Shown here in pieces: positions 51,177 to 60,082 of a stretch of 64,000 nt of DNA; within the stretch, counting starts at the first letter, position 1; each line of letters opens with the position of its first letter. Position numbers and translations under genes: made by a program. Where the stretch lies: positions 61,517-125,516 of the forward strand of contig JAXGNR010000009.1 of NCBI GenBank assembly GCA_040767965.1, in the 5' to 3' direction. This DNA comes from Atribacterota bacterium (lineage in GTDB: Bacteria; Atribacterota; Phoenicimicrobiia; Phoenicimicrobiales; Stramentimicrobiaceae). Below the pieces are notes generated by a model. It saw only the letters and a list, made by a program, of their open reading frames with translations, was not told the origin of the DNA and did not search any database.

Positions 51177-51381
51177 ATGAAAACAATATATCATCGAAAA
51201 AAATATTAGACGAAGTTAAAGATTTACCTGAAGAACAAATACTAGCGCTTCTAAAGATAATTCGTATATTCAAGGATTCTCTTAAGAAGCAAAAAAACGA
51301 ATTTGAAGATTTAAAAAAAGAATTTAAGGAATGGGATAAATTAAGCGATGAAGCAATTGACAATTTTGAAAGACAATATAG
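51177..51381 (+). pseudogene. Putative antitoxin, frameshifted
   Basis: RBS ggagg; MKTIYHRK, then a shift in an A run gives ILDEVKDLPEEQI...EWDKLSDEAIDNFE; abuts the toxin start. Confidence 0.6.
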
Positions 51382-51720
51382 TGAAGATAGGGGATGTTTA
51401 TCTTGTTGAGATCCCTGGCATTGGTGGGCATGAACGGCTTAGGCTATAGACCTGCTATAATTATTCAATCAGAATACAGGTTAGAAGAAATGCCTACGGT
51501 GCTGATTATTCCCCTGACATCAAAAATAAAAGCCACTGCTTTTCCTTTTACCCTACTAATAAAACCTGATCAATCAAATAATTTAACATCAAAATCGGTT
51601 GCATTAGTCTTTCAATTGAGGGCAATTGATAAAAGATGTTTGAAACAGAAGCTTGGTGACTTAAAAAATAGTGAAGTTAGAAAAATAAAACAGCTTGTTG
51701 AAAATGATGTTGCTGGATAA
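51381..51720 (+). pseudogene. PemK/MazF-family toxin, frameshifted near its 5' end
   Basis: GTG 51381 gives KIGDVYLVEIPGIGGHE; after the shift GYRPAIIIQ, IIPLTS, FQLRAIDKR. Confidence 0.8.
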
Positions 51721-51792
51721 AGAATAGAGAACCAGTAAACAGCTGCGACTATCATTTTTTCACCCTTGTTATAACTATAAGTATAAGTGAAG

Positions 51793-51898
51793 GAGATTGC
51801 TTCTTCACTTTGCTCCTCGCAATGACAGAAAAGAAAGATAATGGCAATGACAGGAAATTTTCTTTGTTGTTCTATCATCGCCGATATTTCTTCTTTGA
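51793..51898 (-). repeat. REP-like direct repeat, right copy
   Basis: gagattgcttc...ctcgcaatgacagaaaagaaagataatggcaatgacag...tatttcttctttg. Confidence 0.82.
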
Positions 51899-52103
51899 TT
51901 CTTTTTTTCTGACAACTGAAAGCGGCGAACTGAAAAGCTCTATTAATTAACTACCAGTATTTTTTATGATAATTTTAGAATAAAATATTTATAGTTGTAA
52001 TAAATCTGGAAATAATTCTAAAAATAAAAAATTAAAGACATTTTTCAAAAAATATAGTATATTATAAGTAAATTAAATATAAAAAATTGACAAATATAAA
52101 TAA

Positions 52104-52375
52104 CCTGTAGGAAAGTAACAGAAAAGCCTTTTTCTTATGAAAAAGCGCCCAAGAGAAGAGTACCAATAAATGGTATTGAAACCAACCGGCAAGGAGACTG
52201 TTACTGGACAGGACTGGGAGAGCTTTTGGCTAGAAAAGCACCGAAGATGCAATTCCTCAGCAGGCCTTAGGAAGATCAGTGGATTGCTGAAAAAGTGTTT
52301 CTCCTAATCCCTCCGGAAGAATCTTTCAGGTTCAAAAGACAGAGCAAGATATCTTATCTTGCTCTGTCTTTTTAT
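52104..52375 (+). promoter_or_regulatory. Tandem glycine riboswitch (variant aptamer 1, near-canonical aptamer 2) with terminator
   Basis: Leader-linker cctgtagga/ggacagg; P1 agtaacag/ctgttact; aptamer 2 gggagag..caccgaagatgcaa..aatctttcagg..gacagag; terminator aaaagacagagcaagata/tatcttgctctgtctttt. Confidence 0.8.
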
Positions 52376-52523
52376 CTTAAAGGAGGTGGCAGACTTCTAC
52401 CTGTTGATTTTGGAATATAGAAAAACTGCAGGCAATATAAAATTATTTTTTTAAGGTCTAGGGAGACAATAGAATTTAAAAGATGGTTTTTATGTGTTTT
52501 AAAATTGAAAAAGGAGGTCATAG

Positions 52524-52892
52524 ATGTTTAAAGCTAATAGAAAAAACCTTATTTATGCCGTAATACTATTTTTAGCAATCATTTTCATTATCAGTGGTTG
52601 TAATTCGATTTTTCCACCCATGCCTGGCGGTAATACCTATCTCATTATTTCAACAGCCGGACTGGGGGGAACAATCAGTCCTCTTGGAGAAACATCAGTC
52701 GCTGAAGGAAGCAGTAAAATTTATACTATCAGTCCGGAGGAAGATTATGAGATTTATGATGTCCAGGTAGATGGCGAATCCATGGGAATATTGGAGGAAT
52801 ATACTTTCACTAATATTCAGGGTAACCATACTATAGTAGCTAACTTCTCAGCCAAACCTGCCTCTCCGGTTTATGTTAATCCCCAAAAATAG
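52524..52892 (+). CDS. Short lipoprotein with a single beta-sandwich (divergent InlB B-repeat-like) domain, possibly truncated
   Basis: RBS aggagg, lipobox ISGC, AGLGGTISP.G...V..G....Y.I.P...Y.I.DV.VDG..YTF.NI...HTI.A.F. Confidence 0.75.
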   Translation: MFKANRKNLIYAVILFLAIIFIISGCNSIFPPMPGGNTYLIISTAGLGGTISPLGETSVAEGSSKIYTISPEEDYEIYDVQVDGESMGILEEYTFTNIQGNHTIVANFSAKPASPVYVNPQK

Positions 52893-52919
52893 TTGTCACG
52901 GGGACGGTTCTTTTGACAA
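52893..52919 (+). repeat. 27-bp palindromic repeat, copy 2
   Basis: ttgtcacggggacggttcttttgacaa, starting on the base after the TAG. Confidence 0.85.
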
Positions 52920-52966
52920 CTTTTTAAGGATATATTGAGCAATAAATAATAAAAGATAATAAAAAA

Positions 52967-53013
52967 AATTAGCAAAGATAGGTTCTAAAAACAAAACCTA
53001 TCTTTGCTAATTT
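52967..53013. terminator. Bidirectional terminator between convergent genes
   Basis: aattagcaaagataggtt ... aacctatctttgctaatt. Confidence 0.75.
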
Positions 53014-53078
53014 AGCTATTTTTTGAATTTAGATTTTATGCGGTAAAGTATACCTTTTTTATTTTTACATTACTTAAA

Positions 53079-53279
53079 TTATTGAACAACAAATGATATT
53101 TTAACATTAACACGATATCTGACAATCTTGTCATTCTCTACAATTGCCTTGAATTCTTTTACATAAATAGATTTGATATTGTGAACTGTCTTTTTTGCCT
53201 CTTCAAATGCTATCTTTGTGGCATCTTCCCAGCTTTTTTCAGATTCTGCTAAAATCTCAATAACTTTTACTACTGACAT
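53079..53279 (-). CDS. Dodecin-family protein
   Basis: 66 aa, VVKVIEILAESEKSWEDA..YRVNVKISF; RBS aggagg. Confidence 0.88.
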   Translation of the reverse strand: MSVVKVIEILAESEKSWEDATKIAFEEAKKTVHNIKSIYVKEFKAIVENDKIVRYRVNVKISFVVQ

Positions 53280-53604
53280 TTTTAAGATCCTCCTTTTAAA
53301 TAAATTACTTATTTTATTTTAAGCAATACATATCATAAATAAAAGGTAAATAATAATATTATTATAATTTATTATATCACAATGCCAGGATATAGCATTT
53401 ATAATCAAATCCTTATCCAAGAAATGTTTTATTATTATTTTTAGTTTAACAGCAAAGAACAAATATTCTTTGAAATGTTGCAGAGAACAGAGAAAAATAT
53501 TTTATTACAAGCTATTTCCCCTGGTGCTATAATTAGATAGTTGCTTGAAGTTGACCTGAAGTTATGAAAGTTTTATTAAAATACATATAAGGAGATTCTA
53601 AAAA

Positions 53605-56034
53605 ATGGACAAAAAAAGGCCTGAAGGAAGAAAAAAGCGTGTTGGTTCAGGTTCTGCTGATGTTTATAAAAGAGGCAGTGGTACAGGTGATAAAACAGCC
53701 CGCAGACCTGTGGGAGACTCTCAAGGTTATTCAGGTAGGACTTCAGGTCGAAAAAACTCCATCGGCTCCGGTGCCAATCGTCCTGAAAACTGGCTTACGG
53801 GTGGAGAAAAAAGGACCACCTCGGGTAGTTCAAAAATTGTCGGGATAATTGTATTTATAATCTTTGCCATATATTTTCTTTACAATAACACAGGAACTGA
53901 TATTGGAGAGATGATTAATTATGTATCAGAAACTGATAATGTAAATGTTCAATCTGAATATGCCGATAGCACCGATGGAATACTATCTGCTGACAGGGGT
54001 GCATATACGGTTAACACATCTGTATCGGATTTAGCCAGAGAGAAAAGAACAATTCTGCAGGGGAATGGTGATGACACGGTTACCATAATGATATATATGT
54101 GCGGTACTGATCTGGAAGCTCGTGGTGGAATGGCTACTTCTGATTTACAGGAAATATTGAATGCCCGGATTGCTGAAAATATTAATATCATTGTTGAGAC
54201 AGGCGGTACATCCCGCTGGCAGAACGATGTTATAGATAACAGAACAAACCAGCGTTATCGCTTATTAAACGAAGGGCTTGAACTATTAGAAGAAAATCTG
54301 GGAAGAAAATCCATGGTTAATCCGGCTACACTTTCTGATTTTATCAAATTCAGTACAGCTAATTATCCTTCTGACCGTTACATGTTGGTAATGTGGGACC
54401 ATGGTGGAGGATCTATTAGCGGTTACGGTTATGATCAGTATTATGCTAACGACAGTATGACCTTAGACGAAATTAATACTGCTTTAAAGGATGGCGGATG
54501 TTCATTTGATATGATAGGATTTGATGCCTGCCTGATGGCAACATTGGAAACTGCCATTGTGCTGGAACCATATGCTGATTATATGATTGCTTCAGAAGAA
54601 GTAGAGCCTGGGATTGGCTGGTATTATACAGGATGGATTTCCTCTCTTTCTGAGAATACCTCCATACCTACAACTGAATTAGGGAAAAAATTGATTGATG
54701 ACTATATAAGGGTTGTACGATCAGAAGTTCCCCAAAGTCAGGCTACTCTTTCGTTGATTGATCTGGCAGAGTTGAAAGGGACTGTACCTGATGCACTGTC
54801 AAGATTCTCCTCAGCTGCAACTAATCTAATAATAAATGATAATTATCATATAGTATCCAATGCACGTGCCGGGACCAAGGAATTTGCACCCTCTTCCCGT
54901 ATAAACCAGATTGATTTAATTCACTTTACTGAAAATCTAAGAACAGCAGAGTCTGAAGCATTGGCTGATGCCCTGCGAGGATGCATCAAATACAACCGTA
55001 CATCAAATAATATTACTAATGCCAATGGTCTATCCATCTTTTTCCCATACGGTAGAGTCAATAAAGTTGGTGATATATTGGAAACTTATACTGAAATACA
55101 GATTGATGAAGAGTATAGTGAATGCATTAAAAGCTTTGCCAGTATGGCCGCAGGTGGTCAGGCTGTGGCAAGCGGTAGTGGAAATCTGCTTGAGACATTA
55201 CTTGGTAGTCTTTCAGGAGCTACCCAGGGACAAACCTCTACAATTGGAGAAGTTTCCGGGCCTAATATCATAGAATCACTGCTGAATGAGTTTTTAGCAG
55301 GAGGTGACTCCATAAATATTTCCGGTTTAGCTGAAAATGTACTTAGCTGGCTTGATGCTGACCTGTTAAAATCATCTGTTGATTATTACAAGGAAAACCA
55401 ATTTGATGCTTCTGCCCTTGTTATAACAGAAAAGAATGGACAGCAGGTTCTTTCTTTAACTGAAAAACAGTGGGAGCTGATTAATTATATGGAGATGAAT
55501 GTATTTATTGATGATGGAGAAGGATTTATAGATTTGGGGATGGATAATATCTATGAGTATAATAAAGATGGGGATTTAATTATGGAATATGACGAAACCT
55601 GGCTGGCTCTTAATGATAATATTGTAAGTTATTATTTGGAGAGTGATGACCATTTAGGGGGAAGTTATTCTATAAAAGGTCGAGTACCTGCATTTTTAAA
55701 TAATCAGCTGGTAGATATCATAATTGTATTTGACAATGATGAACCATATGGAGTAGTGCTGGGAGCCCAAATAAAGTATGATGAAGAGACAGAAACAGAG
55801 ACAATAGCCAAAGGATTGTTAAAGATCCTTCCGGGAGATGAAATTGATTTTCTCTGTGATTATTATACATATGATGGCAGTTATTATGACACTTACTATC
55901 TTGGAGATACTTATATTGCCACAGGGGAATGGAAAATAGAAAATCTACATATACGTAATAATAAATATCAGATGACATATCGGATAACTGATATTTATGG
56001 AAACCAGTACTGGACACCTTCTATTGCCAATTAA
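53605..56034 (+). CDS. Membrane-anchored clostripain-related cysteine peptidase (C11)
   Basis: YMCGTDLE, WDHGGG, GFDACLMA, ASEEVEPG.GW.Y. Confidence 0.9.
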   Translation: MDKKRPEGRKKRVGSGSADVYKRGSGTGDKTARRPVGDSQGYSGRTSGRKNSIGSGANRPENWLTGGEKRTTSGSSKIVGIIVFIIFAIYFLYNNTGTDIGEMINYVSETDNVNVQSEYADSTDGILSADRGAYTVNTSVSDLAREKRTILQGNGDDTVTIMIYMCGTDLEARGGMATSDLQEILNARIAENINIIVETGGTSRWQNDVIDNRTNQRYRLLNEGLELLEENLGRKSMVNPATLSDFIKFSTANYPSDRYMLVMWDHGGGSISGYGYDQYYANDSMTLDEINTALKDGGCSFDMIGFDACLMATLETAIVLEPYADYMIASEEVEPGIGWYYTGWISSLSENTSIPTTELGKKLIDDYIRVVRSEVPQSQATLSLIDLAELKGTVPDALSRFSSAATNLIINDNYHIVSNARAGTKEFAPSSRINQIDLIHFTENLRTAESEALADALRGCIKYNRTSNNITNANGLSIFFPYGRVNKVGDILETYTEIQIDEEYSECIKSFASMAAGGQAVASGSGNLLETLLGSLSGATQGQTSTIGEVSGPNIIESLLNEFLAGGDSINISGLAENVLSWLDADLLKSSVDYYKENQFDASALVITEKNGQQVLSLTEKQWELINYMEMNVFIDDGEGFIDLGMDNIYEYNKDGDLIMEYDETWLALNDNIVSYYLESDDHLGGSYSIKGRVPAFLNNQLVDIIIVFDNDEPYGVVLGAQIKYDEETETETIAKGLLKILPGDEIDFLCDYYTYDGSYYDTYYLGDTYIATGEWKIENLHIRNNKYQMTYRITDIYGNQYWTPSIAN

Positions 56035-56061
56035 TTGTCACAGGGACGGTTCTTTTGACAA
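56035..56061 (+). repeat. 27-bp palindromic repeat, copy 3
   Basis: ttgtcacagggacggttcttttgacaa, starting on the base after the TAA. Confidence 0.85.
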
Positions 56062-56193
56062 CTTTCAAAATAAAAGGATAATAATTACCTTTTATTATTA
56101 CTGATTATCCTTTAGCTGTTGATATACTTTTATTGTGCTAATTTTTTTGTTATACTCATTTATAATTATTATAAAAGTAAAAGAAGGTATATT

Positions 56194-57135
56194 ATGAAAA
56201 AAATTATTATTTTTTTAACCATTCTATTTATATCTATCAATCTTCTTGCCTGTACTGGCGCTAAGAAAGAAGAAGTTTCCCTAAAAGGACCTGTCACAAT
56301 TGCCACGATGATTGATAGTGAAGGTGCTATTCTTGGGAAAATGATGATTCTCTTGTTGGAACAGGATGGATTTGAAGTAATTGATAAAACAGAATTTGGA
56401 ACACCTGACATATTAAGAAAAGCACTGGTATCCGGAGAGGTTGATTTAGTTCTGGATTATACCGGGTCAGGCCAATATTACCATGATGTAGAAGAAACAG
56501 ACATTTGGTCCAATGCTCAGGAAGGTTATTTGTTAACTAAAAAACTAGACCTGGAAGCCAATAATTTAATCTGGTTGAATCCCGCTAATGTGAACAACAC
56601 AGAGGCTCTGGCAGTAAAAAGAGATTTTTCTGAGGAGAACAATATTAAAAATATGGAAGATTTGGCAAGTTTTATCAATAATGGTGGGGCAGTAAAACTA
56701 ATCACATCTGCTTCTTTTGCAGAAAACATAAAAGGCCTTCGTGGTTTTGAGGAAGCTTACGGATTTACCTTGAATTCCAATCAACTAATTACTCTTGCCT
56801 CAGGCAATACTGCGGAAATGCTGAAAGCTCTGGTAGAAGGAACTAATGATGTCAATGTTTCTCTGGTTTATGGAACAGATGGAGCTTTAGATAAAATGAA
56901 TTTAGTAGTATTGGATGATCCAAAAAGCATTCCTCCGGTTTATTTGCCTGCTCCAGTTTTAAGAGGTTCGCTGCATGAAAAGTACCCGGAAATTGAAAAC
57001 ATTCTTAAGAAATTATTCGATAGTTTGAATTTAGAAAATATGCAGAAGATGAATGCCAAAGTAGCTTATGATGGTATGGATGCATTGACTGTGGCAAGGG
57101 AATATTTAGAGGAGATGGAAATGTTAATTAAATAG
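56194..57135 (+). CDS. Osmoprotectant ABC substrate-binding lipoprotein (OsmF/YehZ-like)
   Basis: Lipobox LLAC, IDSEG, YTG, FEEAYGF, VYGTDG, PVY.PAP. Confidence 0.88.
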   Translation: MKKIIIFLTILFISINLLACTGAKKEEVSLKGPVTIATMIDSEGAILGKMMILLLEQDGFEVIDKTEFGTPDILRKALVSGEVDLVLDYTGSGQYYHDVEETDIWSNAQEGYLLTKKLDLEANNLIWLNPANVNNTEALAVKRDFSEENNIKNMEDLASFINNGGAVKLITSASFAENIKGLRGFEEAYGFTLNSNQLITLASGNTAEMLKALVEGTNDVNVSLVYGTDGALDKMNLVVLDDPKSIPPVYLPAPVLRGSLHEKYPEIENILKKLFDSLNLENMQKMNAKVAYDGMDALTVAREYLEEMEMLIK

Positions 57136-57144
57136 GGGATTAAA

Positions 57145-58311
57145 ATGGAAAAATCCGGCAATAAAATTTCTGTTTCCGGGATAATGCTGATTGTTTTTTC
57201 TTTTCTTTTTGCTAGTTTTGTCCAATATAGGCCAAATAGAGTTTTAAGCGGAACAAATTTATTTGCCAGAGATCTTTTTGGAAATACTTTAATCATATTT
57301 ATATTTCTTTCTATTTTACTATTTTTCTTTTTAATTGTTAATCCTAAAAAATATATCTATTTTACTATTTTCCTTATTTTTCTATTAACAGGAATAGTTT
57401 TTTATACATTTGGCAAGGTCACGGAAAATGAATTCTTTTTCCCACTTCCTACTGGCAGGATATCTATTGGAGGGGGGTTCTGGCTGCTGATTTTAGGGAT
57501 TTATATGGTAATAAATGGCAGCTTTAAAGAATTTAAAGAAGGAGTTCTTTATAGAAGAATATGTTATCTGGGTATTTTTTTAATGATTGCTATTTTTTTG
57601 ATGAGCGGTCATTTAAACAATCTCTCAATCATAAAAGAGTTTTTTAATAGAAGCACTACTTTTTATAATCAGGTGAGCAGACATTTTTCTCTCTCATTTT
57701 TATCTGTTTTGGCTGGTATTTTTATCGGGATCCCATCAGGTATATTTATTTTTAGAAGCAAAAAAACAAATCACCCACTCCTTTATTTGATTAATCTGGG
57801 ACAGACCATTCCAACTTTATCTTTGTTAGGTTTAATAATGCTACCACTTACTTTTTTGGGAGAGAGAAGTGAATTTCTAAAAAATATAGGCATAAGAGGA
57901 GTGGGTTTCACACCTGCTTTTATTGTTTTGGTAGTCTATGCTTTATTTCCGATTATCCATAATACCATAGCTGGATTGAAGCTGGTAGATGAGAACTTGC
58001 TGGAAATTGCTAGCAGTATGGGTATGAAAAAGAATCAGATTTTTTGGAAAGTCCAATTGCCTTTATCTTTGCCGGTTATTATGGGAGGTATCAGAACAGC
58101 CATGACTCAATCCATAGGAAATACTATTCTGGCTGGTTTGATTGGAGGAGGAGGGCTGGGGAGTATAATATTTTTAGGTTTGGCCCAGGCTGCTCCGGAT
58201 CTAATTCTTTTAGGTATAATTCCATTGATTATTATGGCTTTTATACTGGATTCATTCTTTTCCTTCTTTATTATTTTCTATAAACGTAAATATGCAGGAG
58301 TTTTATCATGA
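57145..58311 (+). CDS. Osmoprotectant ABC permease (YehY-like)
   Basis: QTIPTL, EIASSMGM, LIGGGGLG. Confidence 0.88.
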   Translation: MEKSGNKISVSGIMLIVFSFLFASFVQYRPNRVLSGTNLFARDLFGNTLIIFIFLSILLFFFLIVNPKKYIYFTIFLIFLLTGIVFYTFGKVTENEFFFPLPTGRISIGGGFWLLILGIYMVINGSFKEFKEGVLYRRICYLGIFLMIAIFLMSGHLNNLSIIKEFFNRSTTFYNQVSRHFSLSFLSVLAGIFIGIPSGIFIFRSKKTNHPLLYLINLGQTIPTLSLLGLIMLPLTFLGERSEFLKNIGIRGVGFTPAFIVLVVYALFPIIHNTIAGLKLVDENLLEIASSMGMKKNQIFWKVQLPLSLPVIMGGIRTAMTQSIGNTILAGLIGGGGLGSIIFLGLAQAAPDLILLGIIPLIIMAFILDSFFSFFIIFYKRKYAGVLS

Positions 58312-59264
58312 TAAAACTGGTTAAGGTTACTAAAAAATATAATGATATAACTGCTTTAAGCGAATTCAGTCTGGAAATTAAAAGTGGAATGCTCATGGTT
58401 TTACTTGGTCCTTCTGGTTGCGGCAAATCAACAGCTATTAAATTAATAAATAGCTTGATCAGACCAACCTCCGGTGAAATCTTTATTAATAATCAAAATA
58501 TAAAAGAAATTAATGTTACAGAACTAAGAAGAAGTATAGGATATACGATTCAAAATACCGGTCTATTCCCTCACTATAATGTTTATGATAATATTGCAGT
58601 TATTCCGAGACTGATAAAATGGGATAAAAAAGATATAGAAAAAAGAGTTAATTATTTGCTTGATCTGGTGGGATTAAATCAAAAATACAAAAAAAAATTT
58701 CCTTTTGAATTATCAGGAGGTGAAGCTCAAAGAGTTGGAGTAGCCAGGGCTTTAGCTGCTGACCCACCCATACTGTTAATGGATGAGCCGTTTGGTTCTC
58801 TGGATCCTCTGAATAGAGAAAGATTGCAAAAAGAATTTTACAGGATTCAAAAACAGTTAAAAAAAACGGTTTTATTCGTCACCCATGATGTAGAAGAGGC
58901 TATTAGATTAGCTGAAAAAATAGCAGTAATGAGAAAAGGAACTCTGGTGGCTCTTGGTAATCCTGCAGATTTTATTTCTGAAGATCAGGAAGGTTATGTC
59001 AAAAATTTTCTAGGAACGGAATATGCCTTAAAATTACTTAACAGGTTTTTAGTGCAAGAGGTTATGTCTGATAAAAACAGGAATCAGGATGAATTTCCGA
59101 AAATATCCTTTCAGATTTCTCCTACACATACAGTTGCCGCTGCTCTTGCTATGATGGTTTCCAGGAATGTAAAAACAATTAAAGTAGTAAACGATAATCA
59201 GCAGCAAATAGGGTATATTGATTTTGACGATATTTTAATGAGAGTTTTTAATGGAGAAAAATAA
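58308..59264 (+). CDS. Osmoprotectant ABC ATPase (YehX-like)
   Basis: GPSGCGKST, LSGGEAQR, LMDEPF. Confidence 0.92.
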   Translation: MIKLVKVTKKYNDITALSEFSLEIKSGMLMVLLGPSGCGKSTAIKLINSLIRPTSGEIFINNQNIKEINVTELRRSIGYTIQNTGLFPHYNVYDNIAVIPRLIKWDKKDIEKRVNYLLDLVGLNQKYKKKFPFELSGGEAQRVGVARALAADPPILLMDEPFGSLDPLNRERLQKEFYRIQKQLKKTVLFVTHDVEEAIRLAEKIAVMRKGTLVALGNPADFISEDQEGYVKNFLGTEYALKLLNRFLVQEVMSDKNRNQDEFPKISFQISPTHTVAAALAMMVSRNVKTIKVVNDNQQQIGYIDFDDILMRVFNGEK

Positions 59265-60007
59265 TGAGAAACATAAAAGCAAAGGATTTTTTTATTACAG
59301 GTATACTATTTTCATTATTTCTGGTTAGTATTTTTAATTTTAATTTTTTTGAGAAGATTTTAATCCTAATAATAAAGCCAAAAAATATGTTTATTGCCAG
59401 GGAAACTTTATTTGAAATTGCCCAGCAACATATTTATATTGTTCTTGTATCCAGTTTTTTATCAATCCTGATTGCCATTACAATTGCTATTATAACTCGT
59501 TTTTCCTTTCTGGAAGATGTGGAAAATTTTATTCTGGAGATTGCTACTTTTGGACAGACTATCCCCACTGTGGCCATACTTGCTTTGTTGGTTCCTTTTT
59601 TAGGGTATGGATTTAAACCAGCCCTTTTTGCTTTATTTGTTTACGGTATTTTACCTGTTTTAAGAAACGCTGTGGAAGGTTTTAATTCTATATCAGAAGA
59701 AATAAGGGAATCTGCAAGGGCTATGGGAATGAGTAAATGGCAAATTATTAAAAAAGTTGAACTTCCTCTTTCTTTCCCAGCAATCATAGCCGGGATCAGG
59801 GTATCTTTAATATTAAATATCAGCGTTGCTACTATTGGTGGTGCAGTAGGCCTAAAAGGTTTTGGTACTTTCATTGTAAATGGCATCAGAAGTGATGATA
59901 TAATTATGATTCTTAAGGGTGCAATTCCCGTATCCCTACTGGCTTTAACTGTAGACAGTTTGTTTATGAATTTAGAAAAAAAGTTTAAATTGACAGGCAG
60001 TCAGTAA
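59264..60007 (+). CDS. Osmoprotectant ABC permease (YehW-like)
   Basis: QTIPTVA, ESARAMGMS, AGIR. Confidence 0.88.
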   Translation: MRNIKAKDFFITGILFSLFLVSIFNFNFFEKILILIIKPKNMFIARETLFEIAQQHIYIVLVSSFLSILIAITIAIITRFSFLEDVENFILEIATFGQTIPTVAILALLVPFLGYGFKPALFALFVYGILPVLRNAVEGFNSISEEIRESARAMGMSKWQIIKKVELPLSFPAIIAGIRVSLILNISVATIGGAVGLKGFGTFIVNGIRSDDIIMILKGAIPVSLLALTVDSLFMNLEKKFKLTGSQ

Positions 60008-60082
60008 AAAATATTTTGATTAAACTGATAGGCCTTTTTAATTAACGAATAATTTATATTTTTTAACCGAAGGAGTGTATTT

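Noticed and set aside
51612-51878. 88-aa minus-strand ORF containing CHCEEQSEEAIS
   Set aside because: Translation of the REP-like repeat plus antisense of mazF
50594-56061. Integron attC sites
   Set aside because: The 27-bp repeat lacks RYYYAAC/GTTRRRY ends, is too short, and no intI is present
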